Shown here piece after piece: positions 35,083 through 48,533 of a DNA stretch of 64,000 nt. The stretch comes from Mobula hypostoma (lineage: Eukaryota). A program made the translations under genes and the position numbers. Each line of letters starts with the position of its first letter. Within the stretch, counting starts at the first letter, position 1. The notes beneath the pieces are model-generated. The model was not told the origin of the DNA and searched no databases. It saw nothing but the letters and a program-made list of their open reading frames with translations. The DNA is taken from assembly GCF_963921235.1 (NCBI RefSeq), contig NC_086097.1, forward strand, positions 66,962,001 through 67,026,000. The letters are read 5' to 3'.

Positions 35083-36406
35083 CTATAGATGTTACCTTGA
35101 TCAATTTAACGATGTTTACATATGAATTTGACAACATTGCTTTTTCATTAAGCTTGATTGCACAGTAGTGTATCCTTTTACCTGCTGGCAATTTTCAACA
35201 AAGCATAGTGCTGTTTTTTTTTAATATTACTTGCTACAGATTCTTTTTGCCCTTTGCTACCACAATTAAAGTATGTTAACTTGTACGCATAGTGAAGTGA
35301 ATGACAGTACAAATGGATCTGCAATGTCAAGGGATCAGGGTGCTGTTTTGCTTTACTGAGTAAGAAAGTCAGAAGTTCAAGTCCCACTCCAAAATGATTC
35401 CATGAGTTATTTTGATACCATACTGAATGAGTGCGGCTTTTTAAGGCTTTAACTTTGCATTTGAAAGTGATACTTTGCTAGTTTCAGTCAAATAAAAACA
35501 AGTTGTACCTTGCCTAGCATTTGATCTACCACCAAAGCAAATTAATTGGTTACAGGTCTCATTGCAAGTCCCAGAGTCACTCAAGTGAGTTAGTTGCTGT
35601 ATTGTCATGCCAATATTTAAGTAGCATACTAGCTGTAAATGTGAGCGGGCATCCTACAGATGTGAAAGATGCTTTTTTTTTAAAAATGCAAGTTTGCATT
35701 TTTGTATACTCTTCATCCCAGAAATAAGAACATGATTTTGAAGTTGGTTTCCCCATTTTCTCAGATATTTGACCATTTTTTCCCTTACAGTCTTAAAGGG
35801 CGAAAGCAATGGAACATAAATATTTAGTTTACATTGATTATAATGTATTTATTAAGTCAGACTTTAATCAGACATACAGTAAATGCAGACTTTGAAGTTA
35901 ATGTCTATATTCTCAGTAGTAAATGAAAACAGTAATTTTCAGATTAAGTAGATGGAACTTTTTTTTAACAACCCCATCCCAATAGAAGGAAAGGGTTTGG
36001 GGTGGTGTGTTCCAACACATGTGCAGAACTGCACATTTTCCCTGTGAGTATATTGTTGAAGATTTAAGAGCACCTGCATTTTGATGTTGAGATTGTAGTG
36101 TTTGACAGTTTGTGTTTAGAGCACACTTACACAAGTAATGAATGTACATTGTATGCCATTGACAGAATCGAGATGTATAAGCTTAAATGGTTCCTCATGA
36201 AAATGACTCGAACATTTTCTTTAAAAGAACTGCATATGTTTGGAGTACCATTTAAAATTTGTATTTCTGGATTCAAAAACAAATGAAGTGCCAAATATTT
36301 GGGCAGTTATTCAAATCCAGCTAGCCTATGTTAAGTTTTCATTAGCTGTATTTGATGAAAAGTTTCTCTTTTTTTTTGGATTCAATTGAAATCTTTTTTT
36401 TTGTAG

Positions 36407-36565
36407 GCAAACATGTAAGGTTTTGGAAGTTCTGACCCCACCGATGCTAAATGGGACTGCTAATGGACACATAAGTAGCAGAAGTGAAGATGTTGTAATT
36501 GTCATTAGTGATGAAAGTGACATTGAGGAACAATCCAAAGTCTCGACAGCTTCTCCATCAATTGG
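36407..36565 (+). CDS. BAZ1A: BAZ1A coding exon 3
   Basis: TTGTAG| acceptor; QTCKVLEVLTPPMLNGTANGHISSRSEDVVIVISDESD...; 159 nt, phase 2-2; donor GG|GTAAAT. Confidence 0.92.
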
Positions 36566-38360
36566 GTAAATCTTTACATTGCACCTAGATAGACTAATTT
36601 GTGTTTTTAGTCTGTTCTACTGGCACTGCTAGGTTATAAATAAGATAGTTGAGAAGCATCATAATGTGGTGAGAGATTAGAATAATTACTAATCTCTTGT
36701 GTGGAAACAGCAATGGTTTGATGTGAACAATTTAAACCAATTGAATAGCCCACTTTCTTTCAACTCTTTACTTCTTTTTTTTTCTATTAATTTCATTCAT
36801 TTATTTTTAGTTTGGCCATTTAATTCCACAATCTTGCAGCTGAAATTTCTTTTCTCCCCACTTTATGTAGAGATTCTTGTTGCTTTAAGTTATGTTTTTG
36901 AAGCTGTTTCTCATTTTTTTTCTTTTTAAATTTTAAATTGGCTGTCTTAACTACATGTGCCATTTCCTTGAACAGGTGATAAGTGGAACAGTTAGAATTT
37001 ACAGCAAATGCCTTTTTACAAGTTAAAACTTGTCTGATCTGTTACCTTGAAAATCAAAATTATGGTTTAGTGAAACAGTTTTTTGCGAAGTAAACTGATT
37101 AGCAGAATATTAGAGCTTTTGGAGTGGGTTATCCATCAGAAGTAATAGATGAGCTGAGCTGTTAACATTGCTGTTGGAATGGCACATATTGCGTTCCAGT
37201 ATTGGATGTGATGATGAGCTTGGAAATTTGATGAAAAACATATTTGGAAATGGCAGTAAGCTCTAACTGTAGACTTGTTTTTGTATTTGACAACAATTTT
37301 TGTCAGACTAATTGGATGTGCAGACTCATTTCTAAAGTTTTTTTTCTTTTGGCAAAACCAGTGTGTTAACAAGATCGAAGATTTATAGCACAAAATATCA
37401 AATCAAGCATAATATAATGTTGCCTGTTGTGATCTATAAATTAACAAAGCAGCAACATTGGCCTTAAAGATTTTGCGCATCCCACCTGTGATTGTTGGAT
37501 TCCTCCCACATCCCAAGTTAATTGCCCATAATGTACATGGGTAGTCATATAACTGGGAGGAATTGATAGGCTCATGAGTGAAAATACATTACAGGGAATT
37601 AAGTAGATGAATATGCCTGATAAATATGCTATGACGGCTGGCATAGGCTTAATAAGTGGTCTCCCATGCCATAAGAAAATGAAACAGCAGTGAGTAAACA
37701 TTTTGGGCAAATTTATATTTGACTATGAACATGGAAAAGTTATGAGTATTTCTTATTTGGAGAAAGTGAATTGTGCACCTTTGCTTTCTAGGAAATTGGG
37801 TTTCTTCTGATATTTGTTCATGGGCATCCTAATGGATGTTTATGCTGAAAAATTAAAACTCTTTCTCTTTGGAGTGCAGCAAAAACAATTACAGAGGCAA
37901 TTACAGTATTTGCCCAGTTATCTAGTATCTTGAATTAAGCAATTCATGTTTCTCATAGTAGTCACCCTATAGTTTCTGTTTGTCAGTTAGGTGTAATCTT
38001 GTATCATAGGTCCAAACCTACTTCAATTCAGTTGACAGAAATGTATAAAACATTAAATTTATTTAAGTACTTGAGAGTCTGGAGTAAAGCTAAGGGAAGA
38101 ACTACAGAGCTTGGATAGAAACTAAGTCTGGTAACTGCTTAAGTTTCTTTTCGAAATCCCTACACAAATCATTTGAGAAGGTGGATAACGGTGTGGCTCA
38201 GCAGTCCACTTTAGAAAAGAAATTCAAAAAGGCTTGTACTTGCATTTTATAACAGTGGTGTATTTAATTTAACAAAAAACGATGAAAGCTTGCCAAGTTA
38301 AGCAGCACAATATTGTTAAAATTTGATATTGATATTTGAAATTTGATATTGTTTTTGCAG

Positions 38361-38456
38361 GGAAAAAAGCAAGATTGATGTATCTTTATTTAAGTACAAG
38401 GTGAAACCACTTAAAACTGAAGGAAATGAAATCATAATTAAAGCTGCCCAGATGAA
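38361..38456 (+). CDS. BAZ1A: BAZ1A coding exon 4
   Basis: TTTTGCAG|; EKSKIDVSLFKYKVKPLKTEGNEIIIKAAQM; 96 nt; donor AA|GTGAGT. Confidence 0.93.
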
Positions 38457-38673
38457 GTGAGTATCTGGGATGTTTCACTAGAAGTTTAAAATCTACATGA
38501 ATATTGAAATATTTGCTGAAAGATGTATCTTTTGGAAATCCTATTGTCTTTTGGTGCCTTGATGGTGATTCACAGTGACCAAGACTGGTTCCTCAATACT
38601 CCTAATTATTCAATAATCCAAAGGGAAAGTTGGTGAGATTACATTATTAATCAGGCAAGGTAACAGTGCAGTG

Positions 38674-38985
38674 TTGGTGCGTGGCCAAGTGGTTAAGGCG
38701 TTTGTCTAGTGACTTGAAGATCGCTAGTTCAAGCCTTGGCTGAGGCAGTGTGAGTGTCCTTGAGCAAGGCACTTAACCAACCACACATTGCTCTGCGACG
38801 ACACTGGTGCCGAGCTGTGTGGGTCCTAATGCCCTTCCCATGGACAACATCGGTGGTGTGGAGAGGGGAGACTTGCAGCATGGGCAACTGCTGGTCTTCA
38901 ATACAACCTTGCCCAGGCCTGTGCCCTGGAAACCTTCCAAGGTGCAAATCTATGGTCTCATGAGACTAATGGATGCCTATAATAT
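38674..38985 (+). mobile_element. tRNA-derived SINE
   Basis: A box TGGCCAAGTGG, B box GTTCAAGCC; 10-bp TSD CAGTGCAGTG at 38664-38673 and 38986-38995. Confidence 0.88.
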
Positions 38986-39229
38986 CAGTGCAGTGGTGAG
39001 TGCTGTGCTGTGGGATGTAATGAAAGTAAGCTTTGGGAGCGTTAAAAAAAGGCAAGGGTGGGGGGTGGTGTTTAAAGACCCTGATGTGTTCTTGTAGAAT
39101 AGGAAGCAAATTGGGGAAATATTGGCAGTGTTGATTATATTGATAATCAATATTGATTAGACTCATCAAGTTATCAAGGTCACTGGGGAAGAAAAATGAT
39201 ATAATGCAGCAAGGATTCTTTGTGTGTTA

Positions 39230-39760
39230 TTGCATTTGTGGAGCATGCTGGCAAGGCCATACCTGAAATACTGTGGACAGTTTTAGTCTTTAAGAATACT
39301 TAAGTATTGGAGGAAATCTACAATGCTAATCCCTGGGATGAGAGTGTTGCTCTGTCATAAGCAGCAAAGTGAAAAGTTGAGGTGGAAACACAAAATTGAA
39401 TAGATCATGACCATGCCCTCTGAGAATGTCTCAATCAAGGACATAAGTACAAGATTAGAGGTAGTCTGTGCCAGGGGACATGGCCTCAGAATAGAAGGGC
39501 ATCCCTTTAGAACAGAGATGAGGAGGAAATTCTTCAGCTGGGAAGTGGTGAATCTGTGTAAGACATTTCCACAGGTGACTGTGGGAGCCAGGTCATTGGG
39601 TATATTTAGAATGGAGGTTGACAAATTCTTGATTAGTATCAAAAATTATGGGGAGAAGGCAGGAAAATGGGGTGAGAGGGAAAGTAAATCAGCTATGATC
39701 AAATGGCAGTGAATACCCAGTGGGCCGAATGGCCTGATTCTGTTTTTGTTTTATGGACTT
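39230..39760 (+). mobile_element. CR1 3' fragment
   Basis: RGHGLRIEGHPFRTEMRRKFFSWEVVNL; ends GGGCCGAATGGCCT. Confidence 0.8.
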
Positions 39761-40135
39761 GGAGCACAGAAACAGGCTCTTTGGCCCATCTAGTTTATGC
39801 CAAATTTATTCTGCCTAGTCCCATCAACCCATACCTTGGCTATAATCGTCCAAATACCTCCCAGCCATGTTCTAACTGAAATTTCCCTTAAATGTTGAAA
39901 TTGAACATAACTTTGGGAATTTCTTGCAGGGGTTTGCTATTCTCTAGAATTCTGAGGATTGAAGGCTAGATCGAACATTTTTTTGAGATGAGATGATTAA
40001 TTTTGAAAAATTGTTGAATTGAAAGAAATAGAGTGAAATTTAAGGAACTTGGAATTAATCTGCCATGATGGGATTTCAGAAATTGAAGAGATACAAAGGA
40101 TGGGTGGTGGGCAGGTGTCTACTCCCACTGGGTGT

Positions 40136-40137
<2 letters not shown>

Positions 40138-40179
<42 letters not shown>
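40138..40179. repeat. (GT)n microsatellite
   Basis: About 21 perfect GT units. Confidence 0.97.
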
Positions 40180-40183
<4 letters not shown>

Positions 40184-40222
40184 CTAAGTAGCTATGATTT
40201 AGATTTTCTTTTCTTTTAACAG

Positions 40223-40310
40223 TCGCAAGAAAAATCAATATTCGCGGGATAAACTAAAGCTCTTCCTCAAACAGCATTGTGAATTGCGGCATGGCAGACT
40301 TAAGGTTAAG
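40223..40310 (+). CDS. BAZ1A: BAZ1A coding exon 5
   Basis: TTTTAACAG|; RKKNQYSRDKLKLFLKQHCELRHGRLKVK; 88 nt; donor AAG|GTAAGA. Confidence 0.95.
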
Positions 40311-40394
40311 GTAAGATTGATCAAGTTGGTGTACTGGATGATCATGGATTTTCAAGGCAATATTTGTATTATTAAAGCCTTACGTCTGTGGTGG

Positions 40395-41712
40395 GAAAGT
40401 GTTGAAAAAGGATCTATGGGCATTTAGAGAGTCATGGTCTGATCAGGGACAGTCAGCATGGGTTTGTGAAGGGCAGATTGTGTCTAACAAGCCTGATAGA
40501 GTTCTTTGAGGAGGTGACCAGGCGTATAGATGAGGGTAGTGCAGTGGATGTGATCTATATTGATTTTAGTAAGACATTTGACAAGGTTCCACACGGTAGG
40601 CTTATTCAGAATGTCAGAAGGCATGGGATCCAGGGAAGTTTGGCCAGGTGGATTCAGAATTGGCTTGCCTGCAGAAGGTAGAGGATCATGGTGGAGGGAG
40701 TACATTCGGATTGGAGGGTTGTGACTAGTGATATCCCACAAGGATCAGTTCTAGGACCTCTACTTTTCGTGATTTTTATTAACGACCTGGATGTGGGGGT
40801 AGAAGGGTGGGTTGGCAAGTTTGCAGACGACACAAAGGTTGGTGGTGTTGTAGATAATGTAGAGGAATGTCGAAGATTGCAGAGAGACATTGATAGGATG
40901 CAGAAGTGGGCTGAGAAGTGGCAGATGGAGTTCAACATGGAGAAGTGTGAGGTGGTACACTTTGGAAGGGCAAACTCCAAGGCAGAGTACAAAGTAAATG
41001 GCAGGATACTTGGTAGTGTGGAGGAGCAGAGGGATCTCGGGGTACATGTCCACAAATCCCTGAAAGTTGCCTTACAGGTAGATAGGGTAGTTATAGAAAG
41101 CTTATGGGGTGTTAGCTTTCACAAGTTGAGGGAGAGAGTTTAAGAGTGGCGAGGTAATGATGCAGCTCTATAAAACTCTGGTTAGGCCACATTTGGAGTA
41201 CTGTGTCCAGTTCTGGTCGCGTCACTATAGGAAGAATGTGGAAGCATTGGAACGGATACAGAGGAGCTCTACCAGGATGCTGCCTGGTTTAGAGAGTATG
41301 CATTATGATCAGAGATTAAGGGAGCTAGGGCTTTACTCTTTGGAGAGAAAGAGGATGAGAGGAGACATAATAGAGGTATACAAGATATTAAGAGGAATAG
41401 ATAGAGTGGATAGCCAGCGCCTCTTCCCCAGGGCTCCACTGCTCAATACAATGGGGACATGGCTTTAAGGTAAGGGGTGGGAAGTTCAAGGGGGATATTA
41501 GAGGAAGGTTTTTTACTCAGAGATTGGTTGGTGCGTGGAATACACTGCCTGAGTCAGTGGTGGAGGCAGATACACTAGTGAAATTTAAGAGACTACTAGA
41601 CAGGTATATGGAGGAATTTAAGGTGGGGGCTTATATGGGAGGCAGGGTTTGAGGGTTGGCACAACAATGTGGGCCGAAGGGCCTGTACTGTGCTGTACTA
41701 TTCATGTTCTGT
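40395..41712 (+). mobile_element. 5'-truncated CR1 LINE (RT plus 3' end)
   Basis: SQHGFVKGRLCLTSLIEFFEEV, PQGSVLGPLLFVIFINDL, KFADDTK, LYKTLVRPHLEYCVQFW; few disablements; tail GGGCCGAAGGGCCTGTACTGTGCTGT. Confidence 0.95.
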
Positions 41713-42641
41713 TAACATAATTGTTGGCGAATGAGTGCAGGCTTTGCGCTTGTATCCACTGGTGGCTTTCTTTCTAATCAGTTTTTACATTGAACTGTAT
41801 GTATCTTGAAATGATACCAAGTATGCTGCATTAAATCTTGAAGAAAACCTACAATAGCCTTCCGTTTCTCATTGCAGTTTATTTCCACTAGAACTATCCT
41901 GCTTAAGTTAGGCCCATGAACTCTCCGTGCTGATATAAATACAGTTTTAAAGAATCCTATATTTTAAAAATGGTAAATTCAAATGTTGAACATTTGGATA
42001 CTGATTTGGTTTATATTGCTCCAATGCTGAGGATAAAGAATAAACTGAGATGTGATCCATGGTGTCCTATAACATTCATTTTCACTTTGCTTTTCTTATT
42101 AGATTTTTGTTTTTGCTGCTTTTGACTTCCCTTTTGACCTGCCACTAGAGGGTGCAGGAGTTGTATCCTTGTAAGTGGTAGTTAAGTAATATCTAATTTT
42201 ATAATTTCAAAATGGATGCTACATTGAATCATAAGTCATTTGAAAGTTTAAATACAAGAGAAAGATAGTTTTGAGGTATTACTGCTTCAAAACTAATAAC
42301 CCCATACTAGATCCACAAATTGTGAACAACTTCTTTGCCTTTCTCCAGTATCTTAGTTTTGAGTTTTCATCGTAACCCTGTTTATGAAGTGTGAGGCTAA
42401 ATACTGCAGGTAATAAAAATCTGAAGTCAGAAAATGTGGGAAATATTCAACAGATCAGACCAGCTCGTGCAGGGTGAAAAATAGGGTTAGTGCTTTTGGT
42501 TAATGACCTTGTTAAAATTTTGTTTTTATTCATATATGTGAACTATTGAGATACAAAATTCATATAATCTAGTACATGGAAGCACTATTGGGGAACTGTA
42601 TCCATTCAAACTATCTGTTTATGCCTTGCCGAATCCAAATT

Positions 42642-42852
42642 CTTTTTGCTGGTTGTTGGTATATTGGCATCTGCACCGGAATTCGAGGTGAGTGGTCTCT
42701 GGTTTGAATCCAGCCAGCTCCTTTCTCGCTTCCATCTGTGCTGGGTTGAGCATTGAGCTAGCAATTCAATCTTGTACAAGAAAACCCGACACGCTAAAGA
42801 AATGACAAAGTTGCCACCTGATACACCACAAGGTGCGGAAAGGAACAACAGC
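42642..42852 (+). mobile_element. tRNA-derived SINE (second family)
   Basis: A-box-like TGGTATATTGG, B-box-like GTTTGAATCC, (AAC)n-like tail; TSD AATCCAAATT at 42632-42641 and 42853-42862. Confidence 0.8.
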
Positions 42853-43240
42853 AATCCAAATTTATCTGCCCTTATTGCCATTGACGTGCTGTGTCTGAAC
42901 CAGCATGTATCTATGAAGATTTGGACACACTTTCCTCTGTAGAGTTACTAGTTCTATATTCTCAAGACGTTAAAAATGATCTTTATCTCTCGTTCCTAAC
43001 CATGCTAGGTCATCCTTGATTGTCAATAAGTATATTGTGCATGCTTTACCAATTCCAAGTTTTGAGGATTAATTATGTTATCCTGAAATTCTTTTTCTAA
43101 AATCCAGTTCAAATGTCTTTTCACTAAGAGCATATTTAAAATACATTTGGTTATATTCAGTTGAGAGAAAAAGGTTGCTTGTGTTGTACATGGTTCAGCT
43201 TATGGGTACATTTAATTCCAATGTCTTTGCTTTTATTCAG

Positions 43241-43375
43241 TCTACAACAATAGATAAATACAAGCTTTCAGAGCAGAACTTCTTACATTTGTTTCCGGAT
43301 GATCTATCAACATTTACCTTGGGTTCTAACAAAGGACGAGTAAGGATTCCGAAGAACTGTTCTTCATTAACAAAT
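43241..43375 (+). CDS. BAZ1A: BAZ1A coding exon 6
   Basis: TTTATTCAG|; STTIDKYKLSEQNFLHLFPDDLSTFTLGSNKGRVRIPKNCSSLTN; 135 nt; donor AAT|GTGAGT (alternative in-frame donor after 43339). Confidence 0.88.
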
Positions 43376-43395
43376 GTGAGTATCAAGGACCTTAG

Positions 43396-43521
43396 GACGA
43401 AGGGTCTCAGCGAGAAACATCGACTGTACCTCTTCCTAGAGATGCTGCCTGGCCTGCTGTGTTCACCAGCAATTTTTATGTGTTGTTTGAAATTCCAGCA
43501 TCTGTAGATTTCCTCGTTTTG
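43396..43521 (+). mobile_element. 5'-truncated Penelope-derived element with broken hammerhead core
   Basis: GACGAAGGGTCTCAGCGAGAAACATCGACTGTACCTCTTCCTAGAGATGCTGCC...; lacks the CT of the core and stem II is disrupted; starts ~20 nt after the exon 6 donor. Confidence 0.8.
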
Positions 43522-44049
43522 CATTGTTGAATGAAGTATTTGGGATTTAAAGATGCTGCTGTAGTTTCTGAAAATATATTTTTTGCTTGGTTATCTGATT
43601 TTTAAATTTCATGCTATTGAATTTTACATTGGAATTGTGTGCAAACTGGTTTCAAGTGACTTAAAACAATATTGAACATTTACAGAAGCAGGGGTGAACC
43701 ATAAGGTCCCTGCCTTAATCTTGTGTCTCTGCTTCTAGACAGCCATCTGATTCAATTTTTAAACCTTGAGGTCTGTTGATCTCAGATTTTTTACGTTCAA
43801 TGACAAAGTATTTGCAACTTTGAGATGAGGGATGCCAAAGATTTGTATCTCTGTATAAAGATATTTGTCCTAATTTCAGTAATAAATGGCAGATGCTTCT
43901 TTTGTAATTGTACCCCCTTATTATCTATTTGGAGGAAATAGCCTCCTGTTATCTGCCCTGTTAATCTCCATCATAAATTCATAGAATTAGCTGTAGTAGG
44001 CCATATAGCCCTTTAACCCTAGACTGTCATTGTCCTTTTATCCCGGGAA

Positions 44050-44860
44050 TTGGTCTGGTACCAGAAATCTTGTTGGTCCCTTCTCAAGTAAGGCCATGAC
44101 ATTTGGTCTGCGGTGTTGCAATGAAGATGACTGATCGGAGCAATCTGATCCTGGAGGCTCCTTTCACACAAATGACAAAAGTGTGGGATGCTGTAGCATC
44201 AATGATTATTGTTTTCTGAGATTCTCTTTTCTGGTTTGCTTTCTTCTTCCTACTTTCCTTATATGTGCAAGCACTTTTTTATGCAGATATTCAAAAAGGG
44301 CAATCCAGTGCTGCTTGTTCTCAGTGGTATATGACAGTGTTGAAATTCTTCCAAGAGAGTCTTTGAATCTTTTTGTCTACCACTTGATTGTTCGCTCTCA
44401 GTCAGCACTCCGTAAAGTAGTTTCTTTGATATTCTGTCATCAGCCATTCTTCTGACTATTTGATCTGTGATTCTTTCTGTAGTGTGTATATTGTGGTGAG
44501 CATTGTTCAGAATCTACCTGATACCTTGTTTTGTCACTTGATGTGAAGTATTCTAAGTAGAGGTTTCATATGTTTAAGCTGTCATGCAAGCTTGTTTCAT
44601 GTCATTGGTGACCAGAACTGGGTCTGAAGACTCAATCATCCAGTACTCTGGCCATTATTTGTCATGACGTTGTCGGACAATTGTCAGTATTTCAGGACAA
44701 CCTTGCAGTGACCTTCCATAGGACCTCAAACAAACCATATCAAAAGGTTTAGTGATGTCAACAAAGATGGTGAACAAATTGCAATAATGTTAGCATCTCC
44801 TTTGACTCACTGCAGGGATGTCTACTGTTCCATACTCTTCATGAAATCATCTGCAGGAGA
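44050..44860 (-). mobile_element. ancient RTE-like LINE remnant
   Basis: MADDRISKKLLYGVL...SSGRQK resembles the RTE C-terminal motif. Confidence 0.6.
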
Positions 44861-45622
44861 TAGCCTCCCATTCTTTCATCTCCCTTGACGTAATAGCCGA
44901 TCTTCTCACATCTTAGACCATTGATCCTTGATCCTTAATTCTCATGTATTTCTTAGACTAATTCTAATTCTTTGGGTGTTTAAACTCCAAAGTGCAGAGA
45001 CAAAAATTGAAAGTGTATCCTACTGATCTTTGTGTCTCAGTGGCATAAGCTACTCTGGTTTTCACGTATATTGTGTCTTGACTGACTACTTTTTGCAGAT
45101 TATCCACCTGTTGTCCTTCATTCTTATCTTTGTGCTGACTTTGATGCAGATAACTGTTGCTATATTCAGTTGGGTTTTGAGTCCTGTCTGGTCAGGGTTG
45201 CTGATCCTTTCTGTCTCTGGACTCTTTCTTAGTTTTGGTCAAGTGTTTCCAAATTGCATGATAATTAAGTAGCATGCATAGTTAATTGTGGAATATAAAT
45301 TTAAGACTGACATTTTTATATCTTAAATTCATTTCTGTGAATTGAATTGACTTTGTTTCTTACATCCTTCACATGAGGTGTAAAAATCCTTATGTTGCAT
45401 GTCGGTCTGAATGTGCAAATTACAGTAATTTGTAATCAATATTGTGTATAGTAAGATATACAACAGAACAGTCAATATAGCTTAAAAATATGATTGTGTC
45501 AGTGTGAATTAATCAGTCTGATGGCCTGGTAGAAGAAGCTGTCCTGGAGCCTGTTGGTCTTTTTATGCTACGGTAGAAGTTAGTGTTTGATATTGTTTTT
45601 AATGACTCCCCACTAATCAATA

Positions 45623-46387
45623 CAGTGAATTCTAGTTAATAGGCCATTGGTTAATTGGAGCAGCTGCTTATTTGGAACAACTTTTAAAGAGCAAAAACTA
45701 ATTGGGGGAAAAATACCTGGGATTCCCTTTATTTGGGACACTGTATTGCTTAATTAAGACTGGAGACTGTTGCAGAAAAGTTTCTAACTAGCTTCATTAA
45801 ATACTGCACCATGCTGAGAGCGAACAGTTTTTAAATAATTGTCACTAATAGTTGGTGAGAAGTAACCAATAAAATAATTCGAAACTGTTTTGCTCGCTGT
45901 GGTTTAAAGTATTCAGGCTTGGATATGCCAGCAATGGCTGGGAATGAAAGGAAAACAATTTCACTACTTCGTTAGGAACCATAAAAATATTTGAAGGTAT
46001 TGATGATTATCTTGAATGTTACAATGAAAATGAAGATTTGGACAAAGCAATCAACAAAAGCATTGTATGAAGGTGTTCCATTATCTGCACTAGGTATCTG
46101 CATTGGTTTTGTTTGTTTACAGTCAATCAAAGGAACACAGCAGTATACACTGGATGAATTCCTCCAATAACAATTAGGAACTAATATACACATTAAAGTA
46201 CTGTACTCTACTAGTCTAATTTGTTTTTTGTTATTTAAATATTCAATTTATTATCTAGTTTGAAATTAGTTTGTCTTTTTTAATACCTTTTTAACTATTT
46301 CCATGAGCTTCGGCTAATTGAGGTAACCGCTTAGTTGGACCAAAATGTACTGGTCCCGAATGTGGTCCAATTAACTGGAATCCACTA
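45623..46387. mobile_element. Tigger/pogo-like non-autonomous element
   Basis: TA + CAGTGAATTCTAGTTAAT ... ATTAACTGGAATCCACTA inverted termini. Confidence 0.78.
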
Positions 46388-47686
46388 TTTACAAACTACA
46401 TCTGCCCATAATGCCTTCATTATTCCACCTGCCACCATCTTATATACTCAGCTGGTGTAAAACTACCCCTTTGCTAACTGTCAACTCGCTTTCCTGCCCA
46501 ACTTTGTTTTGTTAGTATGTCAAATGCTTTGCACTGTCTATTTACCTGGCAATTAATATTGATTAGCTGATCAAATTTTTCATCAATCATAAATTAATTT
46601 TGTCGTCAAAAATTTGATTCTAGTGCAAACTTAACTTCTTCTGGTTGTAATAAACAATAATCTGTCCTGTGCTGTACTTTACTGTAATTGGGTGTTTTGG
46701 TTTGGAAGTTGGGCTCCCTGCATCCCTCCCTCCCTCCCTTTTCTTTCGCTCTACCCCAAAAAGTAGGTAGCTGATTTTTTTTTTAATGAAACTGATGGAT
46801 GTAAGAGTTGTGAATAGATTGTAGCTGTCTTTGTCATTTGTCAGGGAAGACTGTAAGGAGATTCTGTATTCCTGTTTAGCTTATCTGGTTGGTTGAAAAA
46901 GGGCACAGCAGTTTGTAGCTATTGGAGGCATGACTTTACTTCTGTTCTTATGGTCTTTTTCCAATCAACCATTCTTTATCCATCATAACATTTGCTTGTT
47001 CTGGTGTCCAAATTTGTGTGCTGTTCAGGAGTAGGTATAAAAATTGAGAAATGCACTTTTTATCCCTCTCACTTTTTTCCGTAGAAAATCCTGTCACCTT
47101 TCGTTAAGACCACTGAAGGGGCCAAAATCAGTTTTTTGAAAACTCATTAGAAACGTTTAAAATATCAGTACAATGCCTTATACAATTTCAACATTACATC
47201 CCAACTCCTATACTCAATGCTCTGATTAATAAAGGCCAGTATACCAAAAGCTTTCTTCACCACCCTATCTACATGAGATTCCACCTTCAGGGAACTACGC
47301 ACCATTATTCCTAGATCCCTCTTTTCTACAGCATTCTTCAATGCCCTACCATTTACCATGTATGTCCTGTTTTGATTAGTCCTACCAAAATGTAGCACCT
47401 CACATTTTTCAGCATTAAACTCCATCCGCCATCTTTCAGCCCACTCTTCTGACTGGCCTAAGTCTCTCTGCAGGCTTTGAAAACCTACTTCATTATCCAC
47501 AACGCCACCTATCTTAGTATCATCTGCATACTTACTAATCCAATTTACCACCCCTTCATCCAGATCATTAATATATATGACAAACAACATTGAACCCAGT
47601 ACAGATCCCTGAGGCACGCTGCTACACACCGTCCTCCAATCTGACACACAGTTATCCACCACTACTCTCTGGTGTCTCCCATCCAG

Positions 47687-47888
47687 CTCACAGGCGCGTG
47701 TTAAAGCAATGCCGTTCCGAATCCGGGGAGAGCGGCTGCTCAGGGCGCGCGCTGCCTTTTATCGCGTGCTGATTTTTTTTCGTAACAGTGAAAGCACCTT
47801 CTGAAAGCGAAAAGAGGGTACTAATGTAGGTCTTTCATAACACTGAGGTTTCGTAAAGCGAATGTTTGAAAAGTGGGGGAGACACCTG
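47687..47888. mobile_element. single end of a TA-targeting (Tc1/mariner/pogo) DNA transposon inside CR1
   Basis: CpG-rich non-CR1 block ending GAAAAGTGGGGGAGACACCTG-TA; no partner end. Confidence 0.6.
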
Positions 47889-48533
47889 TATACTGAAACT
47901 AATGGTATTGTGATCACTGGACCCGAAGTGCTCCCCAACACATACCTCTGTCACCTGCCCTATCTCATTCCCTAACAGGAGATCCAACACTGCCCCTTCT
48001 CTAGTTGGTACCTCTATGTATTGCTGCAAAAAACTATCTTGCACACATTTGACAAACTCCAAACCATCCAGCCCTTTAACAGAATGGGCTTCCCAGTCTA
48101 TGTGTAGAAAATTAAAATCTCCCACAATCACAACCTTGTGCTTACTACAAATATCTGCTATCTCCTTACAAATTTGCTCCTCCAGTTCTCGATCCCCATT
48201 AGGTGGTCTATAATACACCCCTATAAGCGTCACAACACCTTTCCTATTCCTCAGTTCCACCCAAATAGCCTCCTTAGATGAGTCCACTAATCTATCCTGC
48301 CAGAGGACCGCTGTTATATTTTCTCTGACAAGCAATGCAACACCTTCCCCTCTTGCCCCTCCTATTCTATCACACCTGAAGCAACGAAATCCTGGAATAT
48401 TTAGTTGCCAATCACACCCCTCCTGCAACCACGTTTCACTAATAGCTACAACATCATATTTCCAGGTATCAATCCATGCTCTAAGCTCATCCACCTTTCT
48501 TACAATGCTCCTAGCATTAAAATGGATGCATTT

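Noticed and set aside
38674..38750. tRNA gene
   Set aside because: A/B boxes are present, but it continues into a SINE body with tail and TSD and has a second copy at 3970-4249; I found no convincing cloverleaf.
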